Shown here piece after piece: positions 1 to 13,701 of a stretch of DNA of 64,000 nucleotides (its first letter is position 1; the number at the start of each line of letters is the position of its first letter). The stretch is from Octopus sinensis (Eukaryota). The translations under genes and the position numbers were made by a program. Location: positions 21,700,001 to 21,764,000 of the forward strand of contig NC_043018.1 of the NCBI RefSeq assembly GCF_006345805.1, given 5' to 3'. Under the pieces are notes generated by a model. It did not search any database. It was not told the DNA's origin and worked only from the letters and a program-made list of their open reading frames with translations.

Positions 1-830
1 ATTAAATTACAATGAAACAAGGAAAACTTTTCCTGCCCAAGCTGATGATAATGATCATCATTATTATCATCGTTTAACGTTTGGCATGGGTTGGACTGTT
101 AGAGAGGAGCTGGCAAGCCAAAGGGCTACAGCAGGTACAAGTCATTTGTTTTGATATTGTTTTTATGGCCAGATGCCCTTTCTAATGCCAACCACTTTAC
201 AGAGTGTAATGAGTGCTTTGTACGTGGTACGAGTGTGAGTGCTTTTTAAATGGCACCAGCACAAGAGCTTTATATGTGACACCAGAATGGGTGCTCTTTA
301 CATGGTACCAACACAAGTGCCTTTTACATGGCACTGGCACTGTGATTAGAAGTTGTCACCTATTAATCAGCAGTGACTGATTCCACAGTGTGGCTTGAAG
401 TGGCCACTAAGCATGAGTCTTGCTTTAAAAGATAAAGGATAAAGACCCCCTTCAGTCATGAATGACCATGGGGTTGCACCTAGAAAGTTCCCCTCTGAGG
501 CACAAGTCTGGGCAAGGTTGTTTATGGAAGACCAGCAGTCACCCATGCATACCAAGCTCCCCTTTCCAAACCAGTGATGTCATCCAAGGGAAAGGTAAAG
601 GCTGGCACCAGCTTGGCACCAGTGATGTCGCAACTCATGTCTACAGCTGAGATAAGTGAAGCAACGTGAAATAAAGTGTCTTGCTCAAGAACACAACACA
701 CACCCCAGACCAGGAATCAAACTGACTACCTCATGATTGTAAACCTGACACTTTAACCACTGAACCATGTGCCTTCACCACTGAACAAAAATCAGCCTTC
801 TTTCAAAGCCATGGCATCCTTACCACTCTT

Positions 831-1010
831 TTGAAAGAAAAGAGCTCAAAGTATAACATCAGAAAGGGACTATCAGTGAAATACGAATGTTCTTCCAACA
901 GCAGCAGAAAATGTGGACTATGTTTAGCAGAGAAGAAACTGACAGAATCCCTTATACTTGGATTATATCTCAATGTTAAATCAAAACATTTAAAATTAGA
1001 ATATACATGA
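831..1010 (+). mobile_element. Degenerate Penelope-like element, GIY-YIG endonuclease C-terminal remnant
   Basis: Manual translation LKEKSSKYNIRKGLSVKYECSSNSSRKCGLCLAEKK...LNVKS matches the PLE pattern L.EK...YNI.W.I......SN.S..C.LCL.EK....LN.RS. Confidence 0.6.
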
Positions 1011-1160
1011 GAGGAAGTACATGCTCAGATACTGGTCTAGGCCACAGTAGGAGAGTCAGTGCCATTGCTCCATCTATCTCACACACACGCATACATATAT
1101 ATGTGAGTATGTGTATGTATGTATGTCTGTGTATGTATGTATGTATGTATGTATGTATGT

Positions 1161-1478
1161 ATCTGGCACCTGTGTCGGTGGCACATAAAAAACACCATCC
1201 GAGCGTGGCCGTCTGGCACCTGTGTCGGTGGCACATAAAAAACACCATCCGAGCGTGGCCGTTTGCCAGCCTCGTCTGGCACCTGTGTCGGTGGCACATA
1301 AAATCACCCACTACACTCTCGGAGTGGTTGGCGTTAGGAAGGGCATCCAGCTGTAGAAACACTGCCAGATCTGACTGGCCTGGTGCAGCCTTTGGGCTCC
1401 CCAGACCCCAGTTGAACCGTCCAACCCATGCTAGCATGGAAAGCGGACGTTAAATGATGATGATGATGATGATGATGA
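1161..1478 (+). mobile_element. Family A (5'-truncated RTE 3'UTR) with internal tandem units
   Basis: gttggcgttaggaagggcatccagctgtagaaac core and (GAT)n tail. Confidence 0.8.
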
Positions 1479-1489
1479 TATATATATAT

Positions 1490-1544
<55 letters not shown>

Positions 1545-1560
1545 AGAGATAGACAGATTG

Positions 1561-1612
<52 letters not shown>

Positions 1613-1852
1613 GTTAATTCTGGCCTTACAAAAGGTCACTGCCCAGCTTCAATTACTATCCCTAGCTTGCTAACAGAACATGCAGTTCTGTGTATTACTT
1701 TGAGGTCTAACTGTATTTAAATATCAGTATGACAGGGTTGCAGCATATCAATTAATTAAATAGAGCACAAGGTAAAAGTAATCAAATCCTGATGATGGCT
1801 TTAACAAAAGAATGAAACTAATCAATTACTTGACTCATTTTTTTCTCCCCAG

Positions 1853-1862
1853 CTGCTGAAAG
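1853..1862 (+). other. Candidate 10-nt microexon (CTGCTGAAAG) of an unidentified + strand gene
   Basis: tgactcatttttttctccccag|CTGCTGAAAG|gtatgt within non-repetitive sequence. Confidence 0.4.
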
Positions 1863-2221
1863 GTATGTAGTTTAGAGCTACAGCATTTATTTTAGCAGCA
1901 GGGCTAAAAATATGTTTCTTAAATATATTGTTCTTTCTGTCTTTCTTTACAAACTTTATCTCGCTTACAATATATATAGGGGGTCTAGTTAATTACATAC
2001 ACATTCACACAAACGTGCACATACACACACACAAACGTGCACAGACACAGACACACACAAACGTGTGTACACACACATGCACATACACACACACTTATAT
2101 ATATACATATATATATTATAATTTCACTTCAGTATAGCAATAGTAGTAACCAGTTGTTATATCTTTATATATGTGTGTGGTGTTCCAGAATAAAGTTAGG
2201 CTAGTACAGAGTATAATATAA

Positions 2222-2375
2222 AGTATTTAATGACAAGAGAACAGGAATTACATAATCAACTTCATTAGCTTACAGCTGTTTCGGCATTAAGATGCAGTGC
2301 ACTTAGCGCTGAATGCATTAGCTGTGTACTAATGAAGTTGATTAGCAATTCCTGTGCCCTTGTCATTCAATAATA
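2222..2375. mobile_element. Old fold-back element, Penelope-like
   Basis: Imperfect palindrome. Minus strand retains GCCGAAACAGCUGUA, resembling a hammerhead 3' half. Confidence 0.5.
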
Positions 2376-2405
2376 TATATGTGTGTGTGTGTGTGTGTGT
2401 GTATT

Positions 2406-2725
2406 GTGGAGGCACAATGGCCCAGTGGTGAGGGCAGTGGACTCACAGTCGGAGGATCGTGGTTTCGATTCCCAGACCATGCGTTGTGTGAGTTTATTGA
2501 ACAAAAACACCTAAAGCCCCACAAGTCTCCAGCAGGGGGTGGTGGCGACCCCTGTTGTACTCTTTCATCCCCAACTTTCTCTCACTCTTTCTTTCTGTTT
2601 CTTGAGTAACGCTGCTATGGACTGGCGTCCTGTCCGGCTGGGGGGGAACACATACGCCACAGAAACCGGGAAACCGGGCCCATGAACCTGGCTAGGCTTG
2701 AAAAGGGTGTATAAATAAATAAATA
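2406..2725 (+). mobile_element. tRNA-derived SINE family D with V-domain-like tail
   Basis: A box tggcccagtgg and B box ggtttcgattcc. The tail gctatggactggcgtcctgtcc resembles the V-SINE domain. Confidence 0.8.
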
Positions 2726-2735
2726 TGTATGTATA

Positions 2736-3075
2736 TCACATGGCTCAGGAGTTAGTGCATTGGACTCATAATCTTGAGGTAGTGAGTTTGATTCACAGAC
2801 CAGGCTGTGTTGTGTTCTTAAGCAAGGCACTTCATTTCATGTTGCTCCAGTTCACTCAGCTGTAGAAATGAGTTGTGATGTCACTGGTGCCAAGCTGTAT
2901 TGGCCCCTTTACCTTTCCTATGGATAATATTGGTTGCACAGACAAGGGAGGCTGGTATGCATGGGCGACTGGTGGTCTTCCATAAACGACCTTGCCTGGA
3001 CTTGTGCCTTGGAGGAGATCTTTCAAGGTGCAATCCCATGGTCATTCATGACCGAAGGGTTTTTTTACCCTTTTA
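2736..3075 (+). mobile_element. CORE-like SINE family E
   Basis: tRNA-like head plus ttaagcaaggcacttcatttcatgttgctccagttcactcagctgtagaaatg (CORE-like). Copies at 428-780, 4478-4790, 12760-13110, 24150-24447 and 35240-35375 (all minus). Confidence 0.75.
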
Positions 3076-4430
3076 TACATAAATAGAGGAGAGGGTTTAC
3101 ACAGCACCACACAGGTGCTCTTACATGGCACCAGTGCAAATGCTTTTTACATGGCACCAGCACCCATAAGCTCATGAGATTAGGAATGCTTAGCAGGAGA
3201 GGGATGCCTGTATGCAAGGACAATCAAGTAAATATGGGATCATCCTTGCATAAAGGCATGTCCCCTGCATCCCTTTTCAGCCGAGTATTTCTAATCTTAC
3301 TTGTTTGTGGGTGCCAGTCCCATGTAAAAAGCTCCTGTGTTGGTGCTGTGTTAAAGCATCCAGTACACTGTAAAGCGATTGGTGCTAAGAAGGGCATCCA
3401 GCCGTAAAAATCATGCTAAAACAGACATTTAGCCCAGGCAGCTTTCCAGCTGACCACCTCGTATTATAATAATAATAAATGCCCTGATGCAGTACCAGGT
3501 AGTGGTTCTCGTGGCTTCTGATCTTAACTGATTGGAAGTGTTATCATGTACATTGTTTTGATGGGCTACAGCAAATATTCTACTCAATACCACAGATTTG
3601 CTTGTCAGTTGTTTGACCTTAACCAGTTGAGCATGTCCCTTAGTGGCTGACGATATGTGCATCGCTGATCATGAGCAGAAGTAGTGGGGGATCATCATAG
3701 CCATGTGTTGAGAGGGATTCTTTGGGGTTTGAATAATTCATTTCTGAAAACATGGGTGTTTCGTTCAACATCCTTAAACTGAAAGGTAAAGTTGACTGCA
3801 GCTGGGTTTTTTCGGGGGGTTTTTTCGATCTTAATGGGTCACACTAAAAAAAAAACAGCTTTTCAAACTGAAAAACTTAACTTGCAACTTTGCTGCAGTA
3901 GTAGTTTAGCTACAGGACAATAATGATCAAATAAAGCTTTTCATTAACTGGTGTGCCAACCATGGCCACCCTGTCTACAGTACTAGGTGTCACAGCTTAC
4001 CTTGAATTTTTCACCTTGTCAATTCATATTCCAAAAACTTGACTAGGAAGAAAGGGCATCGATATATGCTTTGACCAATATTAAGGAGCTTAGGTGAAAG
4101 GACCCATTTAATGCCTTGTTCAGAGGCATGTAAAAAGGGAGATAAATCCTGTCAAATCTCTTGGAGTAGTCTTTCCTTGTTATTGACGCCACGTATTTTA
4201 GTATCTATATGTGTATGTCCGCATCTGTATGTGCCTAGTTATTGACGTACTTATGTAGGTTATGTGTATATGAGTACAAATGCGTTTATAAGGAAACTTC
4301 TTACCACACTGCTACGGCTATATAAAGCTATGTATACGGTGTGTGTGTGTGTGTATACATACATCCATACATATATACATATATATATACATATACATAT
4401 ATATATATACATATATACATATACATATAT

Positions 4431-4478
<48 letters not shown>

Positions 4479-4803
4479 ACACTATACAGTTATGAATGTT
4501 CATGGGATTACATCTAGAAAGTTCCCCTCCGAGGTACAAGTCTGGGCAAGGTTGTATTATGGAAGACCAGCAATCGTCCATGCATATCAGCCTCCTCTCT
4601 CCTCACCACTGATGTTAGCTAAGGAAAAGGCATAAGGGCCGATACAGCTTGGCACCAGTGACATCACAACTCATTTTCTACAGCTGAGTAAACTGGAGCA
4701 ACGTGGAATAAAGTGTCTTGCTCAAGCACACAATGCACAGCCCTGTTAGAGAATCGAACTGACTAGCTCATGACTGTGAACCTAATGCTATATTTACTTT
4801 ATA

Positions 4804-4836
<33 letters not shown>

Positions 4837-4843
4837 GATATAC

Positions 4844-4883
<40 letters not shown>

Positions 4884-4904
4884 AATATATATATATATAT
4901 TGTT

Positions 4905-5700
4905 TTTTCGGAATGGTCATTTTGCAGTTTAGCCAATAAAAACACACACAACTATATATTTGGTGTTACTTTTGCTTAAGTTTATTTATTTTTTTACATT
5001 AATCTTAATCTTATTTCGGCCAGAGTTCTTTCGTCACACTCCTGGCTAAACTGGCAAAATGACCATTCCGAAATATAACAATATCTGTTTCAACACACGA
5101 CTTCACATAAAAAATCTTGCACAACAAATATTTAAATGTATATATATATATATAGGGAGAGTTAGCGAACAAAAAAACAAAAGACGAAGACAGGTGGTGT
5201 ACAAAACAAACAGATGTAATAGTATAACGCTCAGAATAGAAAAAGTCTTTTATGTTTCGAGCCTATGCTCTTCTACAGAAAGGTACACAGAAAAACAAGG
5301 AGAGAAAAGAATGTATGTTGTGGCTATATATATATATATATATATAACTCCAAGAAAGTTAGAGGTTGTGAATCCAACCAACTAAGGGATAATATCTATC
5401 CAATATACTGCTGGTAGAATACCCAATTATTAATGCACAAGTGTTTTTTATTGCATGGCAATTACATTACCAAGTGTACTAAATGGGTGAAAATAAGGAG
5501 ATGTTTTACCATTAATTTACATAGTAATAAGAAAACGGAGGAGATCAATAGGGGGTTCATCAACTTTTAGACATTGTAGGGAATATGACCGTACGTAAGG
5601 AGTTGGTGACAAATGTCTCCTTTTTAACGCCGCACGGTACCCCCTAACAAAATATGAAATGAAATACATGGTATAAAATACAGCAGTACTATGCATAGAT
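4905..5700. mobile_element. Penelope-like non-autonomous fragments
   Basis: Short inverted repeat 4906-4936/5043-5073. Body aaaagacgaagacaggtgg...gtttcgagcctatgctcttc is shared with 9420-9480 and 41185-41400. Confidence 0.55.
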
Positions 5701-6095
5701 TAAATACTGAGATTAAAAGGTAGGGGCAAATTATGCCTACCTAATCTACAAAAAAATATATATTTTGCATTTTATGCAAAGTAATCAGAGTAACCTTCAT
5801 AATTTTATTGAATTCTGTGCATATTCTGCCAGAAAAGGAAAATGTTACTATTGATCTATTATTTTCAGGGTAGGCACTGCTTTCCTTGCCTACCTAGGTG
5901 GCATTCATGTATATATGTATGTCTGTGCACATGTATCAGTATGTGCACATGTATGTATGTGTATAGATGTACTATATATGTGCATGTGTGTATGGGGGGT
6001 TCTCTTCAGTTTTTGATTATCTGAAGTATTCTTGTAAGGAAGGACTGTGTGAACCTATTAATATATGTATAGATATATATAAGAATGTATGCATA

Positions 6096-6146
<51 letters not shown>

Positions 6147-6188
6147 AATGTGTATGCGTGTTGTGTAATACATACATACATACATACA

Positions 6189-6224
<36 letters not shown>

Positions 6225-6863
6225 TATATCATCATAAAATATGAATTAAGATAAAACCACTATTATGCAACTCAAACAGTGATAGAAATAAACCAATACA
6301 TAAACAACAAATAATATAAATATAATTAATATAATATATAATATATATATATATGTAATTTTTTTTTTCTCAAAAAGTATAAAAAGAATGATAAATATAA
6401 TATAATAAGTAAAAACACTACGTACGTTTCATGACTATATATAAATATATATATAATGTTAGTACATGTGTGTAGAAATGCATGTATGTAAGTATGTTTG
6501 TAGAAAGATGTATATGTATGTCGTCAGCTGATTTGTTTAAAGAGTCATCTCAGAGCAAATGGGTGTATGATTGCAAGAAGTTTGACCGACCAAACTGACA
6601 AAACAACCATTGTGTTGACAATATTTTTTCATTTGTTTTTGGAACCTGTTTTGGGTGGAATGCAGAAATATAGGTTTACGTCCTTCTTAATTGACAATTA
6701 CCATTCTCTGAGTCAGAAAATATATTTATATTTTACAAAATAAATTTACATTTTTTTCCTTGTTCTTCTTTGCGTACACACACGCGCATGCGTGCACACA
6801 TACATACACACACAAACACGTACATGTGTGTGGGTGTGTTTGTGCCTGTGTGTGAGTATATAC

Positions 6864-6907
<44 letters not shown>

Positions 6908-7189
6908 GCATGCACATATATGTATATAATATAATTATTAATTTTGAAAACAGAGAGATCTAATGGATACAAGTTAATTAATTAATTAATTAACATATTC
7001 ACCATTAATTTGTATCCATTTGATCTCTCTGTTTTCAAGCTTAATAATAATATTTGATATTTTGCGATAGTTTATATAATATATTCATTGAAGAAATATC
7101 CCTTCAAAATACAATATATTAAACCAGTGTATCTTGGACAAAAATATCCCTATAAGAGGTCTAAATATCCTCATTGTGAATATATATAT

Positions 7190-7340
7190 ATGTTGGCGTT
7201 AGGAAGGGCATCCAGCTGTAGAAACACTGCCAGATCTGACTGGCCTGGTGCAGCCTTCGGGCTCCCCAGACCCCAGTTGAACCGTCCAACCCATGCTAGC
7301 ATGGAAAGCGGACGTTAAACGATGATGATGATGATGATGA
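7190..7340 (+). mobile_element. Family A, short truncated copy
   Basis: Same core and tail as the other copies. Confidence 0.8.
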
Positions 7341-7348
7341 TATAGGCG

Positions 7349-7382
<34 letters not shown>

Positions 7383-7384
<2 letters not shown>

Positions 7385-8022
7385 CTATACAATAATATGT
7401 TACATTACTCGATAGTCAAGATAAAACTCTGAGTTTCAGATGCCGAAGTGGAAATCCACAACGCCATCTCTTCGGTTATCTGTCCTTGTGTTTAGACATG
7501 TAGTAGGGTCTAAGCTGCTTTTCCAGATAAGCCATCTCTCCATGTCGCATAGAACGCACCTTCCGCTGCCGTTGGTATAGGGCTTACATCTGGCCAAAAT
7601 CTTCCAATGTATGTTATAATCGACACCTTTATCTCTTAAAGACCAAAGGACCAAAGGACAGAGCTTTTCGGATCATGCCCACATGTGACTAAATTTCTGT
7701 TACGTTTTTGGTCCCCTAAAGAAAACAGATAGAACATGCTTTCTATGTTATGTCCCAAGAAGATTTTATATATTTTTATATATTATATATATATTTTTAA
7801 TGTATTTTTATATAATTTTTATGACGAAAAATGCGAGCGATGTATAAGTACGCAGGCAAGCAGAGTTATAACACAGTAATTTCCCTTTATATAACGGTAT
7901 TTTTTCATAGCGTTTTCAAATAGCCAGATAACCGAAGAGATGGCGTTGTGGATTTCCACTTCGGCATCTGAAACTCAGAGTTTTATCTTGACTATCGAGT
8001 AATGTAACATTTTTGTATAGAT
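7383..8022 (-). mobile_element. Penelope-like element fragment: GIY-YIG C-terminus flanked by inverted terminal repeats
   Basis: ORF 7436-7654 reads LWSLRDKGVDYNIHWKILARCKPYTNGSGRCVLCDMERWLI...LNTR. Perfect 86-bp inverted repeat at 7397-7482 and 7925-8010. Confidence 0.85.
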
Positions 8023-8424
8023 AAATTTCCTCTATTTACATTTCTTTCTTTGTTATCTTACCGTTTTACCAATATATTATATTATATATATATTATATAT
8101 ATATATACCTATATTACGGAGATGTACTCGCATAGCAAGTAATTTGATCTGAGATCGTGTGCTGAAACGAAAACATTGCAGCGTGGAAGGTGTTTGTAAG
8201 CCATTTAAGAAACACACAAAAGCCGTTCGATTCACTTCAACATTTAAGTTTAATTTGTAAAATATTTTCGTCGCTAAAATCCGCGACCTGTTCACTGACA
8301 AAAATCCGTGCATAGCACCTTGGCCAAGTGTCTTCTACTATAGCCTTGGGCTGACCAAAGCCTTGTGAGTGGATTTGGTAGATGGAAACTGAAAGAAGTC
8401 TGTCGTATATATTGTGCATATATA

Positions 8425-8716
8425 TCATCATCATCATCATCATCATCGTTTAACGTCCGCTTTCCATGCTAGCATGGGTTGGACGGTTCAACTGGGGTCT
8501 GGGAAGCCCGAAGGCTGCACCAGCAGTCAGATGTGGCAGTGGTTTTCTACCGCTGGATGCCCTTCCTAACGCCAACCACTCCGAGAGTGTAGTGGGTGAT
8601 TTTATGTGCCACCGACACAGGTGCCAGACGAGGCTGGCAGACGGCACGCTCGATGGTGTTTTTTATGTGCCACCGACACAGGTGCCAGACGAGGCTGGCA
8701 GACGGCCACGCTCGGA
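8425..8716 (-). mobile_element. Family A copy
   Basis: (CAT)n-cgtttaacgtccgctttccatgctagc start and about 60-bp units. Confidence 0.8.
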
Positions 8717-8893
8717 ATATATATATATTATTATATTATATATATATATATATACTATATATTATATATATATGCAGTGCTTCTTCAGTTTTCCCAAGCT
8801 TTTTCCCAGTAAAAGAACTTGGAAAAATTGGACCTCCAGCCAGGCCTTTGCAATACCCTTAAAGCCGGAACTTTTAGCACCCTTCATATATAT

Positions 8894-8954
<61 letters not shown>

Positions 8955-9113
8955 ATATATGTACACACACAACACACACATGTTTATGTGTATATGCTTG
9001 TGGTATGGAATGTAAACAGGATTATTATACTATATCTTAGACATAAATCTTTTGTACAATCAACCTCCTTCTGGTTGACTGTTTTTGGGTTTGGATTTAC
9101 TTTCTTGTCTCAG

Positions 9114-9158
9114 CTCACTGACAAACTCAGTCAACCATGAAAAAATTGGTTCTTTCCG
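9114..9158 (+). other. Candidate 45-nt exon (phase 2-2, SLTNSVNHEKIGSFR)
   Basis: tttactttcttgtctcag acceptor and CG|gtattt donor. Only the phase-2 frame is open; compatible with the 1853 microexon. Confidence 0.3.
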
Positions 9159-9229
9159 GTATTTGTGGTCCTGTTATAATATAATCCTGTTTAACTCACA
9201 TTTGTCAAAATCTATCAGCCTGTCTGTGT

Positions 9230-9315
9230 ATGTATGTATGTATGTATGTATGTATCTATCTATCTATCCATCCATCTATATCTACACACACACTTTTATG
9301 TGTATGTGGGTGTGC

Positions 9316-9359
<44 letters not shown>

Positions 9360-9755
9360 ATATATATATTCATATAGATATATATAATACATACATATAT
9401 ACAACATAATATATATAATACATTTGTTTGTTTGTACTCCACCTGCCTTCGTCTTTTGTTTATTTTCGTAAACCTTCCCATTATATATACATACATACAT
9501 ATATATACATACATACATATATACATACATATATACATAAATAATACATATATATATATATACATACATACATAAATACATACATATATATACATACATA
9601 CATTCATACATACATACATACATACATACATACATACATAAATACATACATACATACATACATACATACATACATACATACATACATACATACATAAATA
9701 CATACATACATAATACATACATACATACATACATACATACATACATACATACATA
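9230..9755. repeat. (TATG)n/(TA)n/(TACA)n microsatellite field
   Basis: Seen directly. Confidence 0.9.
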
Positions 9756-10695
9756 GGTATTATCTCTTAGAGTGTTGGATCCACAACCCCTGACTTATTT
9801 GGATTTATATATATATGTGTGTGTATGTATGTATATATACACTCACACATACATATATACATACACACACGCTCTCTCTCACACACACACACACATTTAT
9901 GTATGTGTGCGTGTGTGTGTGCATGAAGATATGTATGTATATGTAATTAGGAAAAAGGAGCTTTTCTCTCAAACCTGCTCTGTTTAGGCCATGACTGTGC
10001 TCTGGGTCATCACAGGTCAGTGGTGTCAGAGGCATTATCATGTGTAGAACTGACCAGGTCCACTAGTGCTCTCTATCGCTGGCAGTCCACTGCAGGCAGT
10101 CCATTGCTGGCGATCCATTGCTAGGATGAAAATCCATTATGAAACTAAAGCACAAAGGTGGAGGGTGGTGTTGGTGTGATTCTTGAGGAAATCACTTGTG
10201 ATGTTTGCAAAAATAAATAAATAAATAAATAAATAAATAAATGAAAAAATACAATATAGATGAACAAATGAAAAAGGATAAAAACAAAAAAAAATTAAAA
10301 TTAAACCCAGGCTCGTTAGTCATTTGATGGCTTCTGGTTGAAATGCAGTTAAACCTGTTACTCACCATTTTAATTATCTCTGCAATAAGAAAGTGGTAAT
10401 GCTTGAAATTACATTGATAACCACTAGGGATGTGTGTGTGTGTGTGTGTATGTTTATATATGTGCATACAGATATTTGTATGTGTGTGGGTTTTTGTGTA
10501 TGTGTATGTATGTGTGCATATGTGTGTGTGTATGCCTGCATATATATTTCTTTACTACCCACAAGGGGCTAAACACAGATGAAATACCAATACACATTTT
10601 GCCCGGCGTGCTAACGTTTCTGCCAGCTTGGGCCAACCAAAACCTTGTGAGTGGATTTGGTAGACGGAAACTGAAAGAAGCTCATCGTATATATG

Positions 10696-10728
<33 letters not shown>

Positions 10729-10959
10729 TTGTATGTGTGTATTTGTCCCCCTCACATTGCTTGACAACCGATGCTGGTGTACTTACATCCCTGTCACTGA
10801 GCAGTTCGGCAAAAGAGACTGATAGAATAAGTACTGGGCTTACAAAGAATAAGTCCCAGGGTTGATTTGCTCGACTAAAGGCAGTGCTCCAACATGGTCG
10901 CAGTCAAATGACTGAAACAAGTAAAAGAGCAAAAAAGAGTTAAAGAGTATACATAATAT

Positions 10960-11007
<48 letters not shown>

Positions 11008-11494
11008 TATATACACACACACACATACTGTATATGTATTTATAAACATTTAGATATATATATATATATACATATGTGTATATATATAAATGCATGTGTG
11101 TGTAAATGCGTATGTGCATGTGTGTGCATGTGTGCGTAAGTATGTGTGTATTTATGTAACAGCCCTTCTCTAAAACATCTCAAGTTGTTAAACCCCACCC
11201 TACAATGCTCTCCACCCACTCATTACCTCGTTCCCATTTCTAACATTATTCCTTAAAACATGTCAACTTTTATTGTTCTAGAAAATCAATAAAACTGTTC
11301 AATAACAGCAATTCAGTTTGAACACTGAAGGTTTTTTTTAAAAAAAAGTTATTGGTCGTATCTTTGAAGCTTTCATTGATTTGAGACCGACATCAGCTGT
11401 TGGCCCCATCTGGTTCAGTCTGACACGGATGAGTGGTTGGTAGTAGTGGCTGTTGTTGTTGTGATGGTGGTGGTGTTTTTAATGATTTTTTTAG

Positions 11495-11602
11495 GAGACA
11501 GCGGATGGCTTCGTGGACCTGACAGGCTCTCCCAAACCAGTGTGGGTTTCAGGTTGAAAGCTTCTCTTGAATGTTTGCAAGTCAACTTTGGACTGTTTAC
11601 AG
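11495..11602 (+). other. Candidate 108-nt exon
   Basis: gatttttttag acceptor and ACAG|gtgagt donor; length is a multiple of 3. Open in phase 1; phase 0 reads ETADGFVDLTGSPKPVWVSG*. Confidence 0.3.
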
Positions 11603-12149
11603 GTGAGTTGGTCATGGACACAGCAGAGGTGCAGGCATGGCTGTGTGGTAAGAAGCTTGCTTCAAAACCACATGGTTACACCTTGTGTAAATGTCTTCTA
11701 CTACAGCCTTAGGTCAACCAAATCCTTGTGAATGAATTTGGTAAGCAGAAATTGAAAGAAGCCCATTGTGTGTGTGTGTGTGTGTGTGTATATATCATAT
11801 ATATTTCTTTACTGCTCAGAAGGGGCTAAACATAGAGGGGACAAACAAGGACAGACATAGGTATTAAGTCGATTATATCGCCCCCAGTGCGAAACTAGTA
11901 CTTTATTTATCGACCCCGAAAGGATGAAAGGCAAAGTTGACCTCGGCAGAATTTGAACTCAGAACGTAACAACAGACGAAATACCGCTAAGCATTTTGCC
12001 CGGCGTGCTAACGTGTCTGCCAGCTCGCCTTATATATATATATATACACACACACATGCATACATATTTACATATTCTCGATTGGTGTTTTTGGGTGATT
12101 ATAGTCCCTGTTAGTATATATGTCTACAATTATGTGCTTTGACTACTAC

Positions 12150-12420
12150 ATCATTAGAGCATTTGATCACAGTTTTGATTCCCAGACCGGGTGTTGAGAG
12201 TGTTTATTGAGCGAAAACACCTAAAGCTCCACGAGGCTCCGACAGGGGGTGGTGGCGACCCCTGCTGTACTCTTTCACCACAACTTTCTCTTTTTGTTCT
12301 GTTGGCCTGCAGGGTGGCGTCATTTGAAGGCTAAAACAATGCAAAGCGCATTGTGACCAGCGATGTGTAGCAACATCTGATAGCCTGGTCGGTCACGGTG
12401 ATCACGGTGATCATGGTGAT
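12150..12420 (+). mobile_element. SINE family D with tail type 2 ((ggtgatcac)n)
   Basis: Shares the D body aaaacacctaaagctccacgagg...tactctttc; different 3' end. Confidence 0.75.
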
Positions 12421-13529
12421 ATGTGTGTAATATGAAACCCATTTTGTTGTTGACTTTCTTGTTATACTGAAGTCTATGAATATGGAAGCAACTGGAATAT
12501 AATTTTGGCATGATGGTTCCGTGTGTAATCGGAAAGAATTTTAGAACTGCAAAAGTTTCTGCAATGCAGAAGCTGTTCTAAATGCAAACATCTTCCAAAG
12601 ATTCTGGGATCAATTCAATTGGAATAAAATTCTCACTGCTACAAAATAAATAAATAAATAAATCACTTTTGAAGGAACAAGCATGGCTTTAGTGGTTAAG
12701 ACGCTTGCTTTGTAACCAGTTCGTTTCAGGTTCAGTCCCACTGTGCAGCACCTGTATATAAAAGGGTAAAGGGTAAAGAACCCCTTCGGTCATGAATGAC
12801 CATGGGATTGCACCGAGAATGTTCCCCTCCAAGGCACAAGTCTGGGCAGGGTTGTTTATAGAAGACCAGAAGTCACCAATGCATACCATTCTCCAATCTC
12901 CATGCCACCAATGTTATCCAAGGGAAAGGCAAAGGGGCCAATACAGTTTGGGGCCAATCACATCACAACTCATATCGATGGCTGAGTGAATTGGAGCAAT
13001 GTGAAAATAAAGTGTCTTGATCAAGAACACAACACATAACAAGTCCAGGAATCGAACTCACAACCTCATGGTTGTGAGCCTGACGCTCTAACCACTGAGC
13101 CACCAATAACCTTCATGTGTATGTGGTGTGTGTGTGTTGGGGGGGTGCATGTGTGTGTGTTGTGTTTGTCCCTTACCACTTCTAGACAACTGGTGTCGGT
13201 TTATTTATGTCCCCATAACTTAGCAGTTCAACAAAGAGACTGACAGAATAAGCTGAAGAATAAGATAAAGAATAACTATTGGGGTCGATTTCTTTGACTA
13301 AACTCTTGAAGGTGGTGCTCCAGTATGGTTGCATTCCAACAACTGGAAACAGAGATCAAAGATACAAACTCTTTACTGTTTTTTTTTTTCCTCAGATGTG
13401 GTCCCTGTATGTTGGACTTGGTGACTAAATAGTAGGAGCAGGGACAAGAAGGGTACCCAGCCGTGAAGACCCTACTTCAGAGAACAAGCCTAACCCATGT
13501 GGAAGGGAAATGTTTCTGCCATCACCACA

Positions 13530-13645
13530 GATGATGACGACGATGATGATGATGATGATGACGATGAGGGGGAGGATGGGGATTGTGGTGGTAGTAGTGG
13601 CAATTGAGGAGGAGGAAGATGGTTGTGGTGATAGTGATGGTGATA

Positions 13646-13701
<56 letters not shown>

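Noticed and set aside
2406-2480. tRNA genes at SINE heads (families B-E)
   Set aside because: A and B boxes are present, but no complete cloverleaf or pol III terminator; they continue into SINE bodies.
4001-4042. Minus-strand exon-like segment with strong acceptor and gtaagc donor
   Set aside because: Stops in all three frames. The shorter 28-nt version (KFLEYELTR) has a weak donor and no partner exons.
8466-9140. 224-aa ORF and the recurring MLAWVGRFNWG... ORFs
   Set aside because: Chance frames through family A repeats and microsatellites.
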